A DNA stretch of 63,427 bases, the filler included. It is 10 parts of 10 records of this genome, joined end to end, with 100 filler letters (N's around TTAATTAATTAA, not from the genome) between each part and the next. Parts side by side here need not be neighbours in the genome. Positions count along the whole stretch, not along the records: positions 49,899 to 56,727 come from SRR31156797_57104; positions 56,828 to 63,427 come from SRR31156797_57117; 8 more parts are not named here. One strand, written 5' to 3'. Each line of letters begins with the position of its first letter. Position 1 is the stretch's first letter. The translations under genes and the position numbers were made by a program. Positions 50,154 through 60,041 of the stretch are shown here, piece by piece. The notes under the pieces are model-generated. The model was not told the DNA's origin. It ran no database searches and saw only the letters and a program-made list of their open reading frames with translations.

Positions 50154-51305
50154 CTACTTTTTCTCCTGATCGGTTGACTGGACATCCACCGTAGTGGGGT
50201 TGACGGCAGCGCCGTCTCTTACCTTCTGAAGCCCTTCGTAAACCACTTTTTCTCCAGGCTTCAACCCTTCGGTGATTAACCAGGTAGATCCGACTTTGGG
50301 GCCGACCTTGATTTCCCTGGTTTCGGCCATGTTGTCGGCATCGATAACAAAAACATTGTGCAACCCTTGCATTTCTATAACGCATCGTTGGGGGATGAGG
50401 ATCCCATCTTCGACAACATGGCTCCTGGCGCGTACCCGGGTAAACTGGCCCGGACGCAGCAGTTTCTCCGGATTGGGAAAGGAGGCCTGGACCAGCAGGG
50501 CACCCGTGGTGCTGTCTACCTCTCGATCCACGAAATCGGGTTTGCCCTTCTGATCATACACAGTTCCGTCAACCAGAATCAGTTCCAGGTTCCTTTGCGC
50601 CTTCCGCTCTTCCTCTATGGCTTCGGCCAGAAACCGGGCAATGGTGAGGTATTGGGTTTCGGTGATATAAAAGGTTACCAGGATGGTGTCCACCTGGGAA
50701 ACCGTATTTAAAATGACCGGGTTGGGTTCCCGGCCCACGAAATCCCCTACCTTGGCTTTGGTTCTTCCAATGATGCCGTCGATGGGGGAATAGATTGTGG
50801 TGTAGCCCAACTGGATCTTCGCCGCCCGCAATTGGGCCTCGGCAGCCTCTTTGGATGCCACGGCAGCCTCTTGCGTAGCGATGGCCGCATCCAGATCGCT
50901 TTTGCTCACGGCGTTGATTTCGGCCAGCGGCCGGATCCGATCCAGGTCTCTGTTGGCATAGGCCAGCATGGTTTCCGCTTCGGCTACGGCGCTCTGCTGG
51001 GCAGCCACTTTTTCTTCAAAAGGTTGGCTCTCCAATGTATAGAGCAGGTCCCCGTTTTTGATGTTTGCCCCCTCCTGGAAATGGATCCCCTCCAGAAATC
51101 CTTCCACACGGGCGCGGATGGCGATATCTTTCAATCCGCCGGTCTGCCCAACGAATTCCATGAAAATCGGCACATCCTGGGCACGGGTTTCAACGACGGA
51201 AATCTCGGGTGGCGGAGGGGCAGGGGCCTTGTCCGGCCGTTTTTCCGAACAGGCCACGCAAAGAACAAGCAAACTGGCGATCATGCCGATGGTAAAGGAT
51301 CTCAT
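50154..51305 (-). CDS. RND periplasmic adaptor (MFP) lipoprotein
   Basis: Lipobox VAC, IRARVEG, YTTIYSPIDG, LRPGQF. Confidence 0.92.
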   Translation of the reverse strand: MRSFTIGMIASLLVLCVACSEKRPDKAPAPPPPEISVVETRAQDVPIFMEFVGQTGGLKDIAIRARVEGFLEGIHFQEGANIKNGDLLYTLESQPFEEKVAAQQSAVAEAETMLAYANRDLDRIRPLAEINAVSKSDLDAAIATQEAAVASKEAAEAQLRAAKIQLGYTTIYSPIDGIIGRTKAKVGDFVGREPNPVILNTVSQVDTILVTFYITETQYLTIARFLAEAIEEERKAQRNLELILVDGTVYDQKGKPDFVDREVDSTTGALLVQASFPNPEKLLRPGQFTRVRARSHVVEDGILIPQRCVIEMQGLHNVFVIDADNMAETREIKVGPKVGSTWLITEGLKPGEKVVYEGLQKVRDGAAVNPTTVDVQSTDQEKK

Positions 51306-51606
51306 GGCGCCTTCTTTTTTGGGTTGAGGGTTATGAAAAGGAAATACTCATACGATGAGTTGTACAAAGCTGACGAAGAAGGACTCTTAAATCTATAAAG
51401 CGGCACCATATCATAAATCCAAAGAATTGAACAATGGTTTGAAATTCATTCTTATTTTTTGCATTTGCCTGAAATACAGGATTGAAATCCAGGATATAGG
51501 GGAAAAAACATCGTTTTTTGCTGGAATTTCGGTTTGCCGCTGCTATGAGGGGCGACTGTCGACTGGAGTTAAACTTGCGTCAAACCCGAACCTTCTTGGA
51601 TGCATC

Positions 51607-52000
51607 GTGGACGCTTATTTTCATAATTACCGCATTGATCCGGATACCCGATATTTCCTCTACATTGGCGAGTTAAAAAACTGCTGGAACACCAGGATCA
51701 GCTCTATATCTACATGTATGAAAGTCTTCAGGAGATGTCTCTGGACGATATGGACGGTGTGGAAATCCTGGGGCCTAAAAGCTTCGTTGCCCACCGGCTG
51801 AACAACAAAATATACCCGTACAGGCATTTCACGGTATATCGCGACAGCCGGTGGAAAGGTCCCTTTGCATCGCAGCAACGTGGTTGCAAATAAAGAAGGC
51901 GACGTTACCCTGCGCAAACCTTGGAACAATGAAGAGGTGAACTATCCGGATGCGGAGCCAACGATCTACAACGATAGTGAGTTTTCTTTTGCAAAGCTGT
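51607..52000 (+). pseudogene. Probable frameshifted gene remnant
   Basis: Protein-like segments in three successive frames (YFLYIGELK / YIYMYESLQEMSLDDMDGVEILGP / KVPLHR). Confidence 0.3.
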
Positions 52001-52222
52001 GATGGATTTCCGGTAGAGAATTCAGCCCGACCGCGGTCGCCCTGATCCTTGTTGACACCCCAACTGCTTTCTCCTACAGTGTACCCTAGTAACCGGTATG
52101 GTTTCTCTTTTTTTAACGCGTCGCCTCCTGGCAAGGCGGTGTTGTCCGGTATCTGCAACAATCGCTTTCTCATCCTCACCAAGGGCGACCTCGCCCTTTT
52201 CCCTATGAAGGAGGATTCCGTT

Positions 52223-53149
52223 ATGCAGATGGCCATTCGATCCGTCATTTGTACAATCGATTTTTCTCCAACCAGTCCCTTGGTGATTCATTATGGCTCC
52301 TTTGCGGCACAGCGACTTGGAGTACCCCTTTACCTCTTTCATGCCGTCAACCATCCCCAGGATGGTGTCCATCAGACGGCCCTGTTCGAAAGGGGCGGTG
52401 ACCTCTCTCAGCTACAAAAAGATGCCAGACAGTGGATGCAGGAGCTCATGACCCATACCCAACTGGATTGGGAGGCGGTGGTTCGCTTCGGTGATCCGGT
52501 TGAGCAGATGGTCGATTATACGAACCGTCACCCATTGAGTTTGGTGATTGCAGCCAGTTACGGCGTTTCCAGGTTCAGGCGGCTGTTTATCGGAACGGTC
52601 GTGGAACGCCTTTCGCGTGCACTTTCCTGTCCTTTGTTGGTGGTTAAACCCGGCAGCAGAGTAAACGATAAAAAGTTTGACGGATTCAACGATATCCTGA
52701 TCGGCTGTGATGAACATGGCTGCTGGCATCGACTATCCGCGCTTCTTTCACGGTTGCGGTCGAAAAATCCCTTTCGTATCCACCTGGCGCGCTCCGTTGA
52801 AAGCCCTGTGGATATCATCGAACTCGATGAAGAGACGGCACCTTACAGTCAGGCACAGCAAAAACTGCAGGCCCGTCTGGAAGGGGTGCTTTGGCATGAG
52901 GGCAAAAGGGTTTTCCCAACCGCAGACGAACTTTCAGCCAACGTGACCCCTGGCGTGCCCCAGGAGATGATGATGCATGCGGTCGAAGAGATGAAGTCGG
53001 ACTTGATTGTTGTCGGGGCCCGGCATTCCGGGAAGGTCGGGCGCATGATATCGGGATCCACCACCGAAACACTCCTGCGCCGGTCTCCGTGTGATGTGTT
53101 GGTGTTTCCTGAATCGTCGGAACGTGATTTTCAAGGACGCGATCCATGA
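52223..53149 (+). CDS. Tandem universal stress protein
   Basis: IDFS..S, GDP, FIGTVVE, SDLIVVG, GSTTETLLRRSPCDVLV; AGGAGG RBS. Confidence 0.88.
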   Translation: MQMAIRSVICTIDFSPTSPLVIHYGSFAAQRLGVPLYLFHAVNHPQDGVHQTALFERGGDLSQLQKDARQWMQELMTHTQLDWEAVVRFGDPVEQMVDYTNRHPLSLVIAASYGVSRFRRLFIGTVVERLSRALSCPLLVVKPGSRVNDKKFDGFNDILIGCDEHGCWHRLSALLSRLRSKNPFRIHLARSVESPVDIIELDEETAPYSQAQQKLQARLEGVLWHEGKRVFPTADELSANVTPGVPQEMMMHAVEEMKSDLIVVGARHSGKVGRMISGSTTETLLRRSPCDVLVFPESSERDFQGRDP

Positions 53150-54186
53150 CAACGACGGGGGTGATCTGGAACAACGTCTTTCTGGAGCATGTGACCGATG
53201 ACGGTCATCCGGAACATCCGGATCGACTCCGGGCACTGTATCGAAAATTTCAGGAAAGCGGGGTGAATAAAGGCTTTGTCAGTGTCGATCCTGCTGTTGC
53301 AACGGACCGTGAAATCCTTTCGGTGCACAGTCCGGCCTATCTCGACAAGGTGAAAGGGACCGCTTCGAAAGAGATGTCGGCCCTGAGCACGGATACCCTG
53401 ACATGCAGCAGGTCTTTTCACGTTGCCTCCCTGTCTGCGGGCGGGACACTCAAAGCGTGCCGTCAGGTACTTACCGGAAAGCTGACCCACGCATTCGTTG
53501 TTGCTCGTCCTCCCGGTCACCATGCGGAGCGGCATCGCGCTATGGGATTTTGCATTTTCAACAATGTGGCAATTGCAGCAAAAGTGGCCAGGAAAAGTTT
53601 AGGGCTTTCACGCGTAATGATTGTGGATTGGGATGTACACCACGGGAACGGAACGCAGCACATATTCGAACGCGACCCATCGGTCTTTTTCTTCTCTTCT
53701 CACCAATTCCCTCATTATCCGGGAACCGGTGGCTTTACCGAGATTGGATTGGGGCCGGGTGAAGGGACGACAATGAACGTTCCGATGATCAAAGGGTGTG
53801 GTGACGGTGAATTCATCGCCTTGTATCGCCGTTTGTTACCATCCGTATTCAAAGCGTTTAAACCCGAACTTGTCCTTGTCTCCGCAGGTGTTGATATTCA
53901 TGTGGAAGACCCGATCGGGGGGATGAGGGTCACGCCTGCGGGATTTGCCGGCATCACGACGCTCCTTCTCGATCTTGCAGGTGAGTACTGTGGCGGGCGG
54001 GTCGTCTTTTGTCTGGAAGGGGGGTATAACGAGAACGCTATAGCCGATTCCGTCATGGCCATGATCGATGCGTTGAACGGTAGGGCCGGGTTCGATATCG
54101 ATGCGCTGGAAAACCTGGCGGACACCGGTAAAGTGAACCCCACGATCGAAAGGTGTCAGTACACACACCCATCGATTTTTAAATAG
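53146..54186 (+). CDS. Histone deacetylase family (AcuC/APAH-like) protein
   Basis: HPEHPDRL, RPPGHHA, GFCIFNN, DWDVHHGNGTQ, LEGGY. Confidence 0.94.
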   Translation: MTTTGVIWNNVFLEHVTDDGHPEHPDRLRALYRKFQESGVNKGFVSVDPAVATDREILSVHSPAYLDKVKGTASKEMSALSTDTLTCSRSFHVASLSAGGTLKACRQVLTGKLTHAFVVARPPGHHAERHRAMGFCIFNNVAIAAKVARKSLGLSRVMIVDWDVHHGNGTQHIFERDPSVFFFSSHQFPHYPGTGGFTEIGLGPGEGTTMNVPMIKGCGDGEFIALYRRLLPSVFKAFKPELVLVSAGVDIHVEDPIGGMRVTPAGFAGITTLLLDLAGEYCGGRVVFCLEGGYNENAIADSVMAMIDALNGRAGFDIDALENLADTGKVNPTIERCQYTHPSIFK

Positions 54187-54546
54187 GACTCATCCAGAAA
54201 CGGTGTTCGTGTCCGTTATCTGCGTTACGTTCAAAAAGTTTATCCTCGGGATCGTATACTCCCCCAAGGGCATATCCTTGGGGATGCCTACGGGAAAATT
54301 TTTTGCGAGCAATGATCTCGAACACGGATCGGGAATAAATAAAATTCACGATCCCAACGTTCTTCATTTCTGGATGGAAACGAAGGAACAACTGTTTTTC
54401 CGGAAACAAATTGTTTTTCCCCATGTCGCTGATATGCGAAACGATCTGTTTTTTTTCATCCGCTGATTGGACTGCTTTTTGTTCGCGAAGGTTGATGCCG
54501 CCAAAAAATGCCCGTTTCCGAAAGACATCATAACGGAGGAGGGTGT

Positions 54547-54885
54547 ATGAATAAAATCAGCATCATGGAAGCCTCCGTCCGGAAATGGGACCGAATCATT
54601 GCTGGCAAGGGAACGGATGGCGGCGTGCTGGACTGTCCGCCTTGTCGAATTTTCTATGTTTTGATTTGCGTGGGGTGCCCCATTGCCCAATACACGGGGA
54701 AAAAATTTTGTAAAGGCTCTCCCTACATCGATTGGTATTGGCATCAAAATGATGTCCACGGGAAGATGTTTCGTAAAGTCTACTGTCCTGAGTGTGAGCG
54801 GCTGGCCAGGAATATGAGGGATTTCATGGTCGAAATCGTCGAGCATTTGAAATCTGAAAAAGCTGTTACAAAGGGTGAGACATGA
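54547..54885 (+). CDS. Cys-rich hypothetical protein
   Basis: GGAGG RBS; CPPC, CVGC, FCKG, CPEC. Confidence 0.7.
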   Translation: MNKISIMEASVRKWDRIIAGKGTDGGVLDCPPCRIFYVLICVGCPIAQYTGKKFCKGSPYIDWYWHQNDVHGKMFRKVYCPECERLARNMRDFMVEIVEHLKSEKAVTKGET

Positions 54886-54965
54886 GGCGGTTTCATGCTT
54901 GAGTGGTTGATGCTTTTTGTCAGCCCTGGTGTTGCTATACAGGGAGACGCTGCAAGGGAATATAT

Positions 54966-56483
54966 ATGATCTGGATTGCCACGGGCCTCACTGCAGAAAC
55001 CATGGCATTCACGCTTGCAGGATTCGCATGGTTTTTCGCCAGGGGATATTCGTTTGCCGAAGCCTTTGCTGCGGGTATCGTCTCGATGTTTATGCTTTTC
55101 TCCATGATCCACCAACTCTCCTTTTTGTTCGGATCACCGCGGGTAGGCCCAATTTTGGAAACACTCGCTTTGTCAGCGCTCTTTTTTTTCGGTAGAAACA
55201 GGATTCCACAGGTAATAAAAACCCTTTTGTCGGTGAAGGGCTTTTTTCATGAAGAAAGGATGGCCGGGGGGATTTTAGCCGCAACCCTGGTCATCATGGC
55301 CGTTTCGATCGTACACAGCTGGTTGTCGCTACCCCTGTGGATCCAACCCTTTTCGCACCCGGAGGAGATGTATGGCGGGCAAACCGGTTCTCTTTTCGAA
55401 CTGGCTGCAATCGGACCGGTTTCGCCCCTCAACGCGGTGGCTTTGTTCAACCATACGGCCCGTTTCGGGCTTTTTCCCAATTCATGCGGTTTTGGCCTTT
55501 TGGGTGTCATGGCCGTGGCCTTTTCCACCTATGCCCTGGCCCGACGGTATGCCTGGCCGCCGTTGGCACTCACAGTTTCTCTGCTAATTTTGTGCATGCC
55601 CCGGCTGATATTTTTGGGAGGAGCACCCACAGGCGAACTGATTCATGCGGCAACTGTTTGTTTGGCAATGGTGCTGATCTACCGACTGGTGGAACGCCAT
55701 CGATCGATGGACGCAATTTTTTTTATCCTCTGTCTCTGTTTTTCCATCATGGAGCGCTCTTTCACGATTGCTCTTGCCCCCATTTTGATGCTCCTACTGG
55801 TTGTGGTTATGATTCGCAGGCACGGGGTGCTGGTCGGCCGGGAATTGGCGGCCGACAGCGCACCGGGTGTCTGGGCTTTTTTGCTTCCCGGTCTGGTGTT
55901 AGGGCAGATTCCAGTCTTCGCTTTGAATTGGATAAATGACGATCCGTTGTTCGGCTTTTCCGCTTTTTCCCAGACGGGGGGGATTTTCGGTGCGTCGACC
56001 AACTTGATTCGGTATTTTTTATCCAGTGTCGATCCGACCGAACCGCTGCAACGGACCTTCCATTGGCTGGCAGGCGTTGATCTGAACCGGATTTTCATGA
56101 AAGGTTATTCTCTCTTAACCTCCATGATACCGGGGGATTCGGCTGAGGGCACTCCTTTTGAATTGATCATCTCCGGCAGCAAAGGTGCCGGTTTTGGACC
56201 GTTTGTACTTTTGCTCGTTCTTCCTTCCATGGTTTACGCTCTGGTTCGAGGTACAAGGCGACTGAAAGCAACCGTTGTTGCTTGGTCAGGTTATCTCTAC
56301 GTCACCTCCTTGGTGGATGCCTGGCTTCCGGGCAGTTTGGAGGTCCTGACACCTTTTATCACGGCAAACAGCTTCATCGTGGCATTTTCAATGCCTCCCT
56401 GGCGCCTTCGGAGAAGGGGTCTGCGGTTGCTTCAATTGGCGGCAGGATTGATTCTTTTCTGGTCTATTTGGTGTTTTTTATGA
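54966..56483 (+). CDS. Polytopic membrane protein, possibly GT-C-like
   Basis: Many hydrophobic segments; no diagnostic motif recognised. Confidence 0.55.
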   Translation: MIWIATGLTAETMAFTLAGFAWFFARGYSFAEAFAAGIVSMFMLFSMIHQLSFLFGSPRVGPILETLALSALFFFGRNRIPQVIKTLLSVKGFFHEERMAGGILAATLVIMAVSIVHSWLSLPLWIQPFSHPEEMYGGQTGSLFELAAIGPVSPLNAVALFNHTARFGLFPNSCGFGLLGVMAVAFSTYALARRYAWPPLALTVSLLILCMPRLIFLGGAPTGELIHAATVCLAMVLIYRLVERHRSMDAIFFILCLCFSIMERSFTIALAPILMLLLVVVMIRRHGVLVGRELAADSAPGVWAFLLPGLVLGQIPVFALNWINDDPLFGFSAFSQTGGIFGASTNLIRYFLSSVDPTEPLQRTFHWLAGVDLNRIFMKGYSLLTSMIPGDSAEGTPFELIISGSKGAGFGPFVLLLVLPSMVYALVRGTRRLKATVVAWSGYLYVTSLVDAWLPGSLEVLTPFITANSFIVAFSMPPWRLRRRGLRLLQLAAGLILFWSIWCFL

Positions 56484-56827
56484 CCATGGATCGAGATGTC
56501 ACCTGTAACAGGGGCACTCTCCACTGATGGCTGCACATTGGTTGCAGGGCGTCCCTCTGTCTGCTATGAGTACTTAAGCAGCAAGAGTTCCAATTCCTTG
56601 GAATCTGACAGCAATCGTCGCTAAGGGTTCGCGCAAAAATAAATTTGCAGATTGACAGTGGACAGGCGCCCGCTCAGCAAGGCGCGAAAACGAAGGTATA
56701 TCCGGCATATGCCGTGTTTTCGGAACGNNNNNNNNNNNNNNNNNNNNNNNNNNNNNNNNNNNNNNNNNNNNTTAATTAATTAANNNNNNNNNNNNNNNNN
56801 NNNNNNNNNNNNNNNNNNNNNNNNNNN

Positions 56828-57062
56828 GGATCAGCGGTTTCATCCCGTCCCAATCCTTTTCGTCGGCCTTCGTCACGGTCACGAAATCATTGCCGAAAAA
56901 AACGCCGGTGACGCCGTCGAGCGCGAAAATCCGCTGCGCCAGCGGCGACTTCTCGGCCGTCTCGGGGCCGGTGAAATTGGCGGTACCCTGTTCCATGACC
57001 GTGCATCCCGGAAGAAACTTCAGGGTCGACGGGTTCGGAGTGGCTTCGGTCTGAATAAACAT
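56828..57062 (-). CDS. NifU/Nfu-family scaffold N-terminus (truncated)
   Basis: MFIQTEATPNP.TLKFLPG, SPLA..F..GV.GVF.G.DFVTVTK. Confidence 0.9.
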
Positions 57063-57163
57063 GTCCTCTCTCTCTGCCTGGTGTCTGGCGGCCTTGAAAA
57101 GGAAATGGGCTCGCTGCCGCGCCGGGTCAAGCGCGCCCGGCACTTTCTTGCGTTACCCTATTG

Positions 57164-58162
57164 CTACGGCCGGACGAATCCGACGATATCATGAATCTGC
57201 GCCAGGATGGGTTCGGCCTGGGCCTGGGCCCGTTCCGCGCCGTCCTTGAGCACCGCATCGATCTGGGCCTGATCGGCCAGCAGTTCGCGCATGCGGGCCT
57301 GGATCGGATCCAGAACGGCGACCGCCAGATCAGCCAGTTCGCCCTTGAAGCCGGAGAACTGACCGCCGCCGAACTTGGCGCAGACCTCGTCGATGGCCAT
57401 GTCGGAAAGCCCGGCATAGATGCCCATCAGGTTTTCGGCCTCGGCCCGGCCCTCGAATCCCTTGATCGAGTCGGGCAGCGGTTCCGGGTCGGTGCGGGCC
57501 TTGCGGATCTTCTTGGCTATGGTGTCGGCGTCATCGGTCATGTTGATGCGCGTCATGTCCGACGGTTCCGACTTGCTCATCTTGCGGGTGCCGTCGCGCA
57601 AGCTCATGACGCGCGCGGCGGTGTCGAAAATCAGCGGCTCGACGATGGGGAAAAATTCGACCCCGAAATCGTGGTTGAACTTCTGCGCGATATCGCGGGT
57701 CAGTTCCAGATGCTGCTTCTGGTCCTCGCCGACCGGTACATGGGTGGCCAGGTACAACAGGATATCGGCCGCCATCAGATTCGGATAGGCATAGAGCCCG
57801 ACCGACGCGTTCTCCCGGTTCTTGCCGGCCTTTTCCTTGAACTGGGTCATCCGGTTGAGCCAACCCAGCCGGGCAACGCAATTGAAGATCCAGGCCAACT
57901 CGGCATGCCCGGAAACCTGGCTCTGGTTGAAAATGATATTTTTCGCCGGATCGAGCCCGGCGGCGATCAGGCCGGCCGTCACTTCGCGGATATTCGACGA
58001 CAACTGCTTCGGATCCTGCCACAGCGTAATCGCATGCATATCGACGACGCAGAACAGGCATTCATAGTCCTGCTGCAGGCGCACCCAATTGCGGATGGCG
58101 CCCAGATAATTGCCGAGGTGAAGATTGCCGGTGGGCTGAACGCCCGAGAATATTCGGTCCAT
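57164..58162 (-). CDS. trpS: Tryptophanyl-tRNA synthetase
   Basis: [25 protein letters not shown]. Confidence 0.97.
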   Translation of the reverse strand: MDRIFSGVQPTGNLHLGNYLGAIRNWVRLQQDYECLFCVVDMHAITLWQDPKQLSSNIREVTAGLIAAGLDPAKNIIFNQSQVSGHAELAWIFNCVARLGWLNRMTQFKEKAGKNRENASVGLYAYPNLMAADILLYLATHVPVGEDQKQHLELTRDIAQKFNHDFGVEFFPIVEPLIFDTAARVMSLRDGTRKMSKSEPSDMTRINMTDDADTIAKKIRKARTDPEPLPDSIKGFEGRAEAENLMGIYAGLSDMAIDEVCAKFGGGQFSGFKGELADLAVAVLDPIQARMRELLADQAQIDAVLKDGAERAQAQAEPILAQIHDIVGFVRP

Positions 58163-58295
58163 TGTTCTTCTTTTCAGTACTCGCTGTTTCCGCCCCAAAG
58201 CGAAAAGACTGGGAATCGACAAGCCGGACAAAGCCGGACCCGGTGCCTTTTCGTTCGGAAATGCGGCGGAGTTATGGCGCGTTCGGCGCCGATAA

Positions 58296-59846
58296 TCAAG
58301 CCGAACCCTTGCCCATCATCGACTTCAGATCGGAAAGCCGGGCCGCCCGTGTCACCTGGACCGACAGGCCGAAGGCAAGCAGACCGGCAGCGATGAGGGC
58401 AACAAGGGCGGCGATGCGGACCGGGTTCGGGCCGGCCCAGAATCCGGCCAGCAGATGGTTGCCGGCGGCCAGCACGACGGCCATCAGCGCCACCGAAGCG
58501 ACCGTACGCGGCAGCCGCGTTTTTAACCGATCGTCCATTTTCAGGAATCCGCGCTTTTTCAGGAACCACCACAAAAGACCCGCATTCATCCACGCCGCCA
58601 ACGATGACGCCAGCGCGATGCCGACATGGGCCAGGAACTGCATGAGGATGACGTTCAAGACGATGTTCGCCGCCATCGCGGCCGCCGCGATCCGCACCGG
58701 CGTCACCGTGTCTTCGCGGGCGAAAAAGCCGGGCGCCAGGATGCGGATCAGCACATAGGCCGGCAGGCCGGTGGCGTAAGCCGCCAGGGCGGCCGCCGTC
58801 GCGGTCGAATCGGCGGCGCTGAAACGGCCGTGCTGGAACAGCACCGTAATGATCGGCTCGGCGATGACGAACAGCGCAGCCGCAGCCGGCAGGGTCAGCA
58901 GCAGGGCGAATTCGAGGCCGCGGTTCTGGTTGTGCAGCGCCGTTTCCGTCTCGCCCGCCTGGATCTGGCGCGACAGCATCGGCAGCAGCGCCGTCCCCAC
59001 CGCGACGCCGACGACACCCAGGGGCAGCTGCGTCACCCGATCGGCGTAATACAGATACGAAACCGCCCCCTCGCTCAACAACGAGGCCAGGATGGTGCCG
59101 ATCAAGAGGTTGATCTGATAAAGGCTGGCGCCGAAGACGACGGGCAGGATGCGACGGCCCAGCAATTTCACCTTCGGGCTCAGGCGCGGCCGCACGAAGC
59201 GGACCGGCAGCCCGGTCCGTTTACAGTGATAGGCCAGCCACAGGAACTGGAGAACACCGGCCGCGGCGACGCCCCAGGACAGCGCATGGCCCGGCGTTTC
59301 CATGATCGCCGGCAACGACAGAAGCGCCGCGATCAGGGTCAGGTTGAGCAGCACCGGAGTGGCCGCGGCGGCCGAGAAACGCCCAAGCGAATTCAAAACG
59401 CCCGACTGCAGCGACACCAGCGAGATGAACAAAAGATAGGGGAATGTGATGCGCGATAGCTCGGTCGCCAGTTCCATCTTGCCGGCCACCGCATCGAAGC
59501 CCGGCGCCAGCACGTACATCGCCCAGGGCATGGCGATCTCGAAGGCGGCCGTAAACACGACCAGGAAAAAGGCCAGCGCCGACAAGGCCTGATCGGCGAA
59601 TTCCTTGGCCTTCTCCCGTCCTTCACTTTCCAAGTCGCCGGAGAACAGCGGCACGAAGGCCGCCGCGAAGGCGCCCTCGGCAAACAGGCGCCTGAACAGG
59701 TTGGGCAGCCGGAAGGCGACGAAAAAACAATCCGCGGTCGTGCCGGCGCCAAGCACGGCGGCGATCAGGATGTCGCGGACGAAGCCGAAGACGCGGCTCA
59801 GCATGGTCATGCTGCCGACGGCGGTGATGGCACGCAGCAAATTCAT
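58296..59846 (-). CDS. murJ: Lipid II flippase
   Basis: [34 protein letters not shown]. Confidence 0.96.
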   Translation of the reverse strand: MNLLRAITAVGSMTMLSRVFGFVRDILIAAVLGAGTTADCFFVAFRLPNLFRRLFAEGAFAAAFVPLFSGDLESEGREKAKEFADQALSALAFFLVVFTAAFEIAMPWAMYVLAPGFDAVAGKMELATELSRITFPYLLFISLVSLQSGVLNSLGRFSAAAATPVLLNLTLIAALLSLPAIMETPGHALSWGVAAAGVLQFLWLAYHCKRTGLPVRFVRPRLSPKVKLLGRRILPVVFGASLYQINLLIGTILASLLSEGAVSYLYYADRVTQLPLGVVGVAVGTALLPMLSRQIQAGETETALHNQNRGLEFALLLTLPAAAALFVIAEPIITVLFQHGRFSAADSTATAAALAAYATGLPAYVLIRILAPGFFAREDTVTPVRIAAAAMAANIVLNVILMQFLAHVGIALASSLAAWMNAGLLWWFLKKRGFLKMDDRLKTRLPRTVASVALMAVVLAAGNHLLAGFWAGPNPVRIAALVALIAAGLLAFGLSVQVTRAARLSDLKSMMGKGSA

Positions 59847-60041
59847 CGGCGTCTTCTAGACCTTCCCCCGAAGAGATTGAACCATTTTGCCCGGCCAAAG
59901 GTTTAGGCAACCTTTACGGCGGCGCAAAGGCGATTTTAAGACGAATTGCGGCGGCGTCTTGTTTTTGCCTCTCCGCCCTTGCAGGGGGGAGAGAGAGAAA
60001 ATAGTGGGCGCGTTTGGTTTTGGCGGTGGCTCCGGCGGGCT

